64,000 nt of DNA, from NCBI GenBank assembly GCA_963721455.1, contig CAVRJG010000051.1:54820-118819 (forward strand), read 5' to 3'. Made by a program: the position numbers and the translations under genes. Below are positions 54,949-64,000 of the stretch, piece after piece. A model generated the notes under the pieces. The model was not told the DNA's origin. It made no database searches and saw nothing but the letters and a program-made list of their open reading frames with translations. This DNA comes from an uncultured Methanosarcinaceae archaeon. Its GTDB lineage: Archaea; Halobacteriota; Methanosarcinia; Methanosarcinales; Methanosarcinaceae. Numbering within the stretch: position 1 is the first letter of the stretch; the number at the start of each line of letters is the position of its first letter.

Positions 54949-55305
54949 TTATTTGATAACAGAATCGCAAGATTTACCACTTGCTTTGAATTTCTTCAAT
55001 AGCACTAAATCGTCTTTACAAACACTGATTTTTCCGATTTCATCCTCAATGATGATTGAAAGGAAGGGAAATTTCACAAAAGTTTCATCTTTTAATCGAT
55101 AGTAGACCCACTGGGATTTTTTTTCGGAGACAATTATTCCTGCTACCTTCAGTCTATTTAAGTGTCTAGAAGCATTGGATTGTTTAATATCTAGAGTAGC
55201 CTCAATATCACAGACACATAATTCATCGTTTCTTAAAAGATTCAGTATCCGTATTCTGTTCTCGTCAGCCAAAGCCTTAAGTATACAAACAATATCCGCA
55301 AACAT
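54949..55305 (-). CDS. arsR: ArsR/SmtB family repressor
   Basis: ALADENRIRI, ELCVCD, QSNASRHL. Confidence 0.93.
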   Translation of the reverse strand: MFADIVCILKALADENRIRILNLLRNDELCVCDIEATLDIKQSNASRHLNRLKVAGIIVSEKKSQWVYYRLKDETFVKFPFLSIIIEDEIGKISVCKDDLVLLKKFKASGKSCDSVIK

Positions 55306-55388
55306 CACCACTAATATATGATTATATGCAACTATGATCATATAGTATTTAATATTGCTGTTTTATTTTTTATTGTTAATTATACTAT

Positions 55389-55480
55389 GAGCCTATCCCA
55401 AAAGCCATTTGATTCTTAATCATCAAAAATTTTAGGATTGTTTTCATGATTAGAAACTTGATTGATTATTCGGAATACAG
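55389..55480. mobile_element. MITE family 1, interrupted copy
   Basis: Aligns with the reverse complement of 43457-43582 up to TCGGAATA. Confidence 0.75.
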
Positions 55481-55757
55481 CCTACTTTCGGCAGGTCGAC
55501 ATTAAAAATTAGAATATTTTTCTTGATGCCGTTTTTGAACATTCACTAACTATAGATTAGGTTTAAAGCTGGTTAACAGGTGGCTCAACTCCCACAGCAT
55601 ATATAAATACTAAATCATTTTTTCATTAAAGTTTAGTATGAGAAATTAATAATTGGTCATATGTAAACCTATCAATTACACACAAGTAAGGAGCATTATT
55701 TCAAAATCGCCATCAGTAAAATTATCAAAAATTAAACGTCGACCTGCCGAAAGTAGG
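55481..55757. mobile_element. MITE family 3 (277 bp) with 6-bp target duplication
   Basis: Perfect 20-bp IR CCTACTTTCGGCAGGTCGAC; ATACAG duplicated at 55475-80 and 55758-63. Confidence 0.92.
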
Positions 55758-55768
55758 ATACAGGATTC

Positions 55769-55883
55769 GGTCGTGGGTGTGAGTTATTGAAAACCGTAAA
55801 CACAAGAATCTCTCTACATTTTTCTCAAATACAGGAGATGTACTCGCTTTTTCGGAATTGATCAATAACTCGTGTACACGACC
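55769..55883. mobile_element. MITE family 4 (115 bp)
   Basis: Imperfect IR GGTCGTG-N5-GAGTTATTGA / TCAATAACTC-N5-CACGACC. Confidence 0.7.
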
Positions 55884-56140
55884 CAAAATATGATAAGGGG
55901 AAATGGAGTAATTATTATATTTTTCCTGTGATTGAAAACCCATCAAATTTGAAGAGGATACATAAAATTGTCCAATCATATAATAAAAAATTTGCCCAGT
56001 TAGGAAACTATTTATAGACCGGTTCTACAGATATTTCCATAAGTAAATTATAAAATAATGACAAAGATCTATACTAACGACCAGATTTAAGAAACTTCCC
56101 GTGGGCTGACCATGAAATGATCTAACTGAGGCTAAAAATC

Positions 56141-57830
56141 ATGACAACAATAAAATACTCCCTGCTTAAAAAAATAAAATCTTTTCTGCTTATATTTACG
56201 GTCTTGATTTTGTGCCTGGCGGGCAGCCCGGGTTTTGCTGCAGGAAGTGTCGAAGATCCTGAAATGCCGCAGAACTGCACATCTTCTGCTGAATCCGTGG
56301 TTGAATCTGTGATTGAAACAGCACCGATAAATCCCGACTTTCTGGAAGACTGGCAGCCTTACTCGATTGAACCTCTTTCTTTTGGAGATAGTTACGGACA
56401 GACTTCAGGCACAGGGTATAGACCCTCGCCTGTGAACCTGCCAGAACTTGCAAGCTCTGAAGGAAGACTTTTACTGAGAGCTTCAGGTTCAGACCTTCCG
56501 CCTGCTTATGATCTGCGCAAGGAAGGAAAAGTAACAGTTGCAAAGAATCAGGGAAAGGATGGAAGCTGCTGGGCCTTTGCAAGCATGGCATCTCTTGAAT
56601 CTTATCTTCTGGGAGCAGAAAGAAAAAGCTATGACTATTCCGAAAACAACATGAAGAACCTTGTCTCAAAGAACTATCCGGAAGGTTTCGATCTAACTTC
56701 GGATGACGGCGGGAACGCATTCATATCAACAGCATACCTTTCTCGCTGGAGCGGGCCTGTAAATGAATCCTTAGACCCTTATAACGAGTTGTCCGCCTAT
56801 TCACCCACAGGGCTTCCTGTACAGAAACATGTGCAGGAGGTATTTTTCCTCCCTGAAAAGACAGAGTTTCTGGATAACGAGGTTCTCAAAAGGGCACTTC
56901 TAGAATACGGGGCTGTATACTCTACACTGTACTGGAATCTGGCTTATTATCAGGAAAAAAGTCACACCTATCGATATACTGGGAACCGGTTTGTCAATCA
57001 CGCTGTAACCATTGTGGGCTGGAATGACTCTTTTGACAGGAATTTGTTTACGCAGGTTCCGCCCGGAGACGGGGCTTTTATAGCGAAGAATAGCTGGGGT
57101 GAAACTTGGGGTGAAGACGGGTACTTCTATATTTCATACTACGACACAAAAATCGGATTTGATGAAAATGCCGTATTCACAGCTGAAAGTCAGGATAATT
57201 ATGACCATATCTACCAGTATGACCCTCTTGGATGGATAGTATCAAAAGAATATCCAGGAAGCTCGATTGCCTGGGGTGGTAATGTCTTTACATCTGAAAG
57301 GGATGAAACCCTCAGAGCTATAGGATTCTATACTACTGGACCTTAATACGGCTTACGAGATATACGTCTAGAAATCCGGTTTCCGGCCCGTTAACTCGGG
57401 ACAAGGATTCGTTGCAAAGGAAAACGGCCGATACTCCTTCCCAGGATACCATACACGGGCGCCGAACTCGGGAGTACCCATACGTGCAGGAGATAAATTC
57501 TCAGTAGTTATAAGATTCCAGCAACCCTTCTGCTAAGGTCCTCTTGCAGTCGAACAGCCTGTAGCCCTTTACAGCAGCAGGGCACAGGCAAATCCCGAAG
57601 AAAGTTATGTGAGCCCGGACGGGGTCAAGTGGGAAGATATATCCAGCAACTCGGAAGCGAATCTCTGCATAAAAGCTTTCACAACCAGCAATGAAATTCC
57701 TGAGGCTGGCTTTTCCTCAAATATCACAGGCGGGGTTTATCCTCTTACGGTCCAGTTCACTGACCTCTCCAAAAATGCCTTTTCATGGGAGTCGGACATG
57801 AACGGAGATGGAAATACAGATTCTACATCC
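56141..57830 (+). pseudogene. papain-like C1A cysteine protease with lectin-like and PKD domains; several indels after 57340, truncated at about 57830
   Basis: NQG..GSCWAF, NHAV, KNSWG, YQYDPLG, NLCIKAF, YPLTVQFTDLS. Confidence 0.87.
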
Positions 57831-57831
57831 A

Positions 57832-58359
57832 CAAAACGAAGGCAAGCAATGCAAGTATTGCGGCGCAACATTCGCCCGTCTTCACAAAACAGAACCCGTG
57901 ACAAATCCCAATCCAATGACCGGCAAGAAATCTGCCAGTTTGTTTGTTCGTGTTTTCCGAGTATTCGGATGCATAAGCCTTGCATGCCTGATGATTGTTC
58001 CACATTCTTATTGCTGCGGATATGGCTTCGCCGCCGCAGATCGTAATCCCCCCAGGAGATGCGCAAAAGCTGAAGCAAAAGTCCAAAGTTTCCAAGCCTC
58101 CATGCGCGAAGGAAGGCCGGATACGCTTCAAACGGGTGAACGTCAACCAGAGCTGAATGGCTGGCTCGGCGCAAATCTTGTGCTCAATCAACCGCGTGGA
58201 TCGGAATCATCTCGTCCTCCGGATTTAGCTTCGGCCATTGATCCAGCCAGGAAAGCCGACGAACCGCTGAATAATGCCGAACTGCAACAAGCTGAATCTT
58301 CTGTCCATGACGTAAAAGCCGAATTGGACGAAGATACGGTAAAAGCTTACGTTCTTTGA
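57832..58359 (+). other. fragment of a non-archaeal-looking hypothetical gene (CxxC + hydrophobic segment)
   Basis: CKYCGATF...VFGCISLACLMIV; 5' end lost at the junction. Confidence 0.3.
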
Positions 58360-58770
58360 TTTTCATGGGAAAGATATGCTGTCTAAGTCTAATGGCCGCG
58401 TCTTCATTCAGGATGGATATCTGAGGCTGGCACCGACCAGCGGAAGCTTGTTCTTCCTTCCATTGTGGCTCTTCAGCGCATAATAGATCAAAGCTTCAAT
58501 TCACCTCAGAACAAAGAAAAATTCAAACTGCCTCCCGGGATTCATGATATTACAATTAGAAACGGCCAATTGATCGTCTCCTCACAGTAATAGACATTCG
58601 CGTAAATCCTTCGAGTTACTTTATTTCTCCAACCAACTTGGTGAATGCTCTCCAAACCAAGATTTAACCCGTCAATTGTTCTTTCAATTGTGACCATGGC
58701 GGCGTTCAGTACTTGGTTTTAAATATACCTAACCCGGCAGAGCCGGAACCAAACAGGGTCAAAATGAAGT

Positions 58771-59702
58771 ATGATGCTCGGCATGAGCATCGAACTATTA
58801 ACAAACCGTCATTCGAAACAAATTGCTGGAATCATCTCCTGTTATGACCGCATATTGATTGTCGGTACTCTTCCAAAAATTTGTTATGCCGCAGGCTTGA
58901 CGTCGTTTCTTTATCAGAATCAAACACGGATTTTCGATTACCCAAGATTCGCTGAACCATTTCGGAATCAGAAATCTCACACGTACTGCCATTCATACCG
59001 TCAAGCCGGACAATATTGCTACTTTTCTCGGACGTAAAATAAACGGCAATTATCAGGACGAAATCGGAAACCGCTTTAACATCCGCATCGAGGGCACTCG
59101 TATCAAGCACTCGATGGGACCTGTTTCGATTAAGATGTACGATAAGTTCTCTCTTATTCTTCGAATTGAGACCACTGTCAATGACGTCTCCTTTTTTAAA
59201 CACTACCGTGAGGTAGAACATCGCGATGGCAGAAAGGAGACCAAATGGGCTCGCATGCAGAAGACCATCTACAGTCTTCCTGCACTGTGCGAGCTTCTCT
59301 CTGCCGCCAATCGCCGTTACCTTGAATTCATCTCTACGATCGACGATCCTCGTTCCGGGAATGATAAACTCAACAAGTTGTCCAGCCCTGCGAAAGACAA
59401 CGATCGATCTTTTCCCGGTTTCAATTTCTTTGATCCGGACGATCAATCTCTGTTTGAAGCTATTGCCCGAGGCGAATACAACATCAGCGGCTTTCAGAAC
59501 AAAAATCTTCGTCGCTATTTGGCAGATAAAAAACCCGGCCCAAATTTCGCGTCAACTCAAACGCCTCCGTCTTCACGGACTGATCAAGAAAATCGGACGA
59601 ACCTATAAGTACTATCTGACTTCTTTCGGCAAACAGGTCATAGCAACTGGATTAAAACTCAAGCAACTTTTCATCATCCCTCAATTGGTTTCAGCTCGTT
59701 GA
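58771..59702 (+). pseudogene. putative mobile-element protein (YDK..LRIE core, C-terminal wHTH), frameshifted and probably internally deleted
   Basis: Three ORF pieces: SCYDRILIVGTL; KMYDKFSLILRIETTVNDVSFFKHYREVEHRDG; ISRQLKRLRLHGLIKKIGRTYKYYLT. Confidence 0.7.
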
Positions 59703-60079
59703 GTAGAAATATTATGACCGTTTTGCATAGGATGTGTTTGTATAGGTACTATAGGGCAGCTCGGTCTGATTGGCTCCCATCTTCCATACCCCAATAGCAT
59801 TTCCTCCCTATACGTCCAAGGAGCTTGTTCATCTTAATCGACACTTGATGATAAGATGTTTGCGCGGCCCAAGATCTGGTGCCCCCACTGAATTCATCGA
59901 AGGCCAGCCCATGTCGGCTGAAACAAATCTTCGACTTTTTACAGAGTTCCCACGTCAAATTCAATCATGAGGACACGGGGGCTATATAGAGATAGAGGGC
60001 ATACTTTGTTTTTGCTACAGCATCAGCACTCCCTGATTTCGTTTTCTGAAGCTGCGGTATTTGCAATAGGAGGTTTTTA

Positions 60080-60984
60080 ATGGCTATTCGACACTGTCAG
60101 ATCCTACTGGTCGCGTTTGCAATGGCTATGTTATTCTCTAATGCGTCGGCTTCTTCTAAGCCCCTCCTAGTGGCCCTCCCATTTATGTAGCCGAACGAAA
60201 CGGGGCCAAGGTCTATATTCTCGGAGAGCATCACCCTCCGGCTCTAAATGGCTCACTCCAACGATAAAATCGGCGCTCATGGAGAGCAAAGAACTTTGGC
60301 AGGAGGACCCCACAGAGCAAGCATTTAATCAATCCTTGTGGGAAGAACTTGGATACCGTAAGCACGGGACGCTTTTTGACGATTTGGGTGAGAATGGCTA
60401 ATCGGTGAGGAAGACCGCGCAAATCTATGGTGTCAAAGAAGAGGATCTTGCGCGGCAACGGACCTGGTTTTCTGCATTGACGCTTGTCTGTGCATGGCTT
60501 GCCAAAGTAGGAATGACTTTAGGACAGACCGGGAATCCGGAGGGCGTCATCTCGGAACTGGCGACAAAAAACCACATACCAATTCACTCGGAAATGACGT
60601 CTGATGATTTTCCGAAACTCCTGTCAGCATTGCCCAAGAAAACACAGCTTCAATACCTCTCCTACGAACTGGACTATATTGAGCGAGGCACAAATAAAAC
60701 GGGCTCAAAAGAAACAGATGCGATGAAGGCTGGGCTGTGGGCCAACTGGACGAATGTGCACAATCTCAAAACAAATGCGCACTCGTTACCATGACCTTTA
60801 TGTGGCTCTCAACGTCGTGCGAAATGGTGAATGGGTTGAACGAATCGATAAAATGTTGAACGAAGGGGGGGTACACTTCATTGATGTCGGAATCAATCAC
60901 ACTCTCGGTCCTGACAGCATCCAAGTGCAGCTAAAACGTCGCGAAATCCAAGTTCGCCGTATCCGTGAGTCCGGCCGCAGCTAA
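60080..60984 (+). pseudogene. TraB/GumN family protein, several frameshifts
   Basis: Signal peptide after AGGAGG SD, KVYILG, RNGEWVERIDKML...FIDVGINHTLGPDSI. Confidence 0.7.
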
Positions 60985-61266
60985 ATTGATTGAGATTGCC
61001 CATTCTCGCGATTGCCGGTCACCGCAAACCAAACTCCCCTGGATACATGCCATAGGGGAAACTACGAAGCTGCTTCGGATGATCTCTCTTTTGCTAAAAT
61101 TGACGTTTCTCAACGCGACTTCATGGGAGTTAGAATAAATCTGTCCAGTATTTAGAACCAATCCAAGGCAGGAAGGCGGATTATTGGCTGATTAGAACAC
61201 AGCGACAAGTATAGTCGGAATAAAGTGCCTTTGGTCGGGAAATCCGGCCGTCCAGGCTCCTCAACA

Positions 61267-61295
61267 AGTTCTGATAAGTATGGCTTATGTAAACT
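61267..61295 (+). other. dif-like XerC/XerD site (left)
   Basis: AGTTCTGATAA-GTATGGC-TTATGTAAACT. Confidence 0.75.
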
Positions 61296-61475
61296 TCGGT
61301 CTTTGAATTTGCCCATTAATCGAATTCGATGGTATTCTATGTCAGAATTGGGGGTCTAGAAAGGGATTTCGGGCATGCCTATAATGCAGCATGCCTATAT
61401 TGCAAAGCGGATTAGCCACCATCGGAATGTCTGGGCTGCAAAGCTGAAGACAATGCGGATGAGTTGCTGATCTCA

Positions 61476-63053
61476 CTAAAACAACATCCACTCATCATCC
61501 GGTTTGGCAGGAGTTATGGGCGGAGCCCTTGAAGGGAGTCCAAGACAGGTCAGTATCTTTTGTATTGCATCGGGTGGATGAATCGCGCATAGAACCCTCA
61601 TTTTTGAGCCACAGCGGGGACAGACGAGGACGTCCAATTCGAACACACGTTTCAAAAGCTGAGCCCATGAATAATTTTTCGGCTTTTTGCCCCGCTTTGG
61701 CTTGGTTTCAGCCTCTTCGGTTGTCGAAATTTCGGCTTTCGCCGAGCAACCCGGATGCGCCGGCGCAATATCGGATTTATCTTCAGGAACAATGTATGGC
61801 CTGAGACTTGAGGCAGGGGCCAGCACGCCATAATAACGAACGATATTGAATCTTGGCGGTGGCACGAGCGCCACAAGCCGTTCCATCAATTCCATCGGTT
61901 CATAGATCACAGCCGTTGTCCCGTCATTCCAGCGGCGCTTGAGTTTGTAGCGAAGCCTGCCGTCCGGCAAGAGCGAAAGTCTCTCATTTGAGATCGGGCC
62001 GCGTGCAGCATATCTTAGAAGCCGCTCCAATCGAAGACGATCGCGTGACGGAACGCAGACTCCGGCATGGACGCTGAAGCCTTCAACCATTGCGCAGCAG
62101 CGTCCAGATTTGGCTTCGGCTCCCTCGAAATCCGGCTCAACGCCGACTCTCACAATACGCCTGCCTGCGCGCGGTCCCGTCGCTACGCGCCCCGCTACGG
62201 ATGCGCTATAAAGTTCGGCAAGCAGCAGTTCATCGCGCCGAAGGGGATCGGCCTCCTCCGGATCCGCCTCCGGATCGATGTCCCGCCGCTTCATGAGGCG
62301 CATCACACGCCGATGAACGCGATCCGCAACGCGCGCCACTTCGGCATCGCTCGGCGGCCCAACATGCAGGAACGTCAATTCGTTTTTACTATTCTCTATA
62401 TAGATCCCATCCAAGGCCATAACATGGCAATGGGGGTCGAGATTTAAAGCGTCGGAGAAGCGCTGAATGAAACCGACGGCGCCGCAGCGAGCCTTGCGGT
62501 TGGATGAGGCAATGCCGGCCCTGCGGCGAATTGAGGAAAAGACAGTGCGCACGAAGATCTGCGCTACATCCCTGACAAGGGAAGAATCATAAGCAAGACG
62601 ATAGCGAAGAGAAAAAGGAACAGAAAGCACCCACTGCCGCACCGGGACTTCGGGAAATACATGATCCACGAGATGAGCGGCCGTTTCCGCCATGCGCCGT
62701 CCGTAGCACGACGGACAGAAGGCCCTACTTTTGCAGCTGAAGGGAACAACGCGGTCCATGCCGCATGCATCGCAGTGAACCCGGATAAAACCTCGCTCTA
62801 AAATGCCGCAATCAAGAAAATCACGTAGGTCATTTCCAACGAAGCCGGGAACTACTCGCCCGCGCTCCTGTTGGCGCGCCAGAAAAGATTCGAGGTTTTC
62901 AGCCACCACACGGTAAAGAACGGTCTCTTCAGGACGGCGCGGTTGATATTCAAAAGCGGCTTCGCAGACGCTGAAACCCTGACCTTCAAATAGAAACTCT
63001 TCATCAGCATACTGCTTTCCCTTGTTAAAAACCGCCGATGGACAGAGGGCCAT
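61476..63053 (-). CDS. IS91/ISCR-family rolling-circle (HUH) transposase
   Basis: Zn-binding CDAC..SCKSRAFCPSC, PVRQWVLSVP, HUH motif PHCH, LLRYAAR, VRYYGV, CPRC. Confidence 0.92.
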   Translation of the reverse strand: MALCPSAVFNKGKQYADEEFLFEGQGFSVCEAAFEYQPRRPEETVLYRVVAENLESFLARQQERGRVVPGFVGNDLRDFLDCGILERGFIRVHCDACGMDRVVPFSCKSRAFCPSCYGRRMAETAAHLVDHVFPEVPVRQWVLSVPFSLRYRLAYDSSLVRDVAQIFVRTVFSSIRRRAGIASSNRKARCGAVGFIQRFSDALNLDPHCHVMALDGIYIENSKNELTFLHVGPPSDAEVARVADRVHRRVMRLMKRRDIDPEADPEEADPLRRDELLLAELYSASVAGRVATGPRAGRRIVRVGVEPDFEGAEAKSGRCCAMVEGFSVHAGVCVPSRDRLRLERLLRYAARGPISNERLSLLPDGRLRYKLKRRWNDGTTAVIYEPMELMERLVALVPPPRFNIVRYYGVLAPASSLRPYIVPEDKSDIAPAHPGCSAKAEISTTEEAETKPKRGKKPKNYSWAQLLKRVFELDVLVCPRCGSKMRVLCAIHPPDAIQKILTCLGLPSRAPPITPAKPDDEWMLF

Positions 63054-63353
63054 TTATTTCGCTCCGTAACCCGCAGGCCTGAAGCTGCACTATGACTAAT
63101 AGGCCATGAGGTTCATTGAGCGAAAAATTTATTGATCTTTGTTTCTGTCAGGCTTTTTCAGAAGGTGGAGCGGTTCGTTCGGCAACGATCTGTCGGTTCT
63201 CCTGTCGAGCGGCTTTCAGGCAGCGGTGACCACACGCGTGCGTTCGCCTCTGAAAATCCATCGATTCTCAAAATCGACTTTGCACTATAGGTGCATTATC
63301 GAAATTCCCAAATCTTTTATAAAATATTCTCGTCAGCAAGATTCTGGGTTCTT

Positions 63354-63382
63354 AATTTACATAACCAACTATTATCAGAAGT
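63354..63382 (-). other. dif-like XerC/XerD site (right, inverted)
   Basis: Minus strand ACTTCTGATAA-TAGTTGG-TTATGTAAATT. Confidence 0.75.
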
Positions 63383-64000
63383 TCCCATGATGTCAATCGG
63401 CATGGATCGGCAGCTTGTCCTGCCTATCCTTTTTTTATGCTCTCCGGTTCCGGCCAGGAATGTTTCGGGTATCGCCGCTGCAGTTCTCGGCGGATAGCCG
63501 GGTAATGATTTCCCCAAAATCCGGCAAGATCCTTTCGTTACCTGCACTGCGCGCCCATTGGGGAACAGATGAACGGTTAAGGGAATCCGCCCTGCGCAAA
63601 TGACAGGTGTGGCATAGGTGCCAAAACTGGACAGACCGCGGACTCTAATCCAGGGAAATCCAGAATTTTCATAGTGGATTCTAACGATACGCCCGGATTT
63701 CAGTTTGATGCGTTCCGGCGTTTCCCGCCGGAGGAGCAGCCCTCTGCCGGTCTGTCAGCTTATCCGTTAGCACATCCACAATCGACGAAGCAGCCAATTC
63801 TGCCAGGCTGCGTTTCCCGGCGCACAACAACCCCACTGTTGCACGTATTTCCTGTTCCGATGCCTGCGCGGGATTTTCCTGGGGGAAACACTGCAAAACC
63901 GGGACAGCCTCGACCGAAATGCCTGCAGGGAAGAAACGTCATGAAACGGGAGAGGGTCCCTGCTCAAGACTGCGGATGCAAGATAGGGAGGCTTCTTCAG

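Noticed and set aside
63400-64000. Short ORFs at the window end
   Set aside because: Overlapping 60-76 aa frames with no motifs in an indel-rich segment; no call is supportable.

Overview
Positions 1 to about 57,830 read as a Methanosarcina chromosome segment. It holds tRNA-Val(TAC) and tRNA-His(GTG), a CDC48 ATPase, a ribC-ribH-aminotransferase-ribL block, the DUF39-CBS/NIL-ferredoxin homocysteine pair, AlaX, MscS, an F420-dependent LLM enzyme, thi4, a COG1031-type radical SAM protein, mgtA and a three-gene PGF-CTERM surface-protein cluster. An accessory stress island follows at about 41.3-56 kb: an IS, PerR/Fur with a high-GC katG followed by a relic of a monofunctional catalase, a split arsR-acr3...arsD-arsA cluster, and four families of MITE-like elements. 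At about 57,830 an indel-ridden archaeal C1A protease/PKD gene is cut off and the DNA becomes bacterial-looking, which is either an assembly chimera or a recent insertion. The most notable signals are: (1) an IS91/ISCR-type HUH transposase bracketed by two inverted XerC/D dif-like sites, a candidate Xer-exploiting rolling-circle module; (2) two tandem paralogous unannotated sRNA-like genes with C-rich repeats at 1-400; (3) apparent replacement of katE by katG; (4) a small Pro/Glu peptide-TIR/Zn-ribbon operon; (5) a 13-Cys acidic insert in a large secreted protein. All calls come from reading the sequence; no searches were run.
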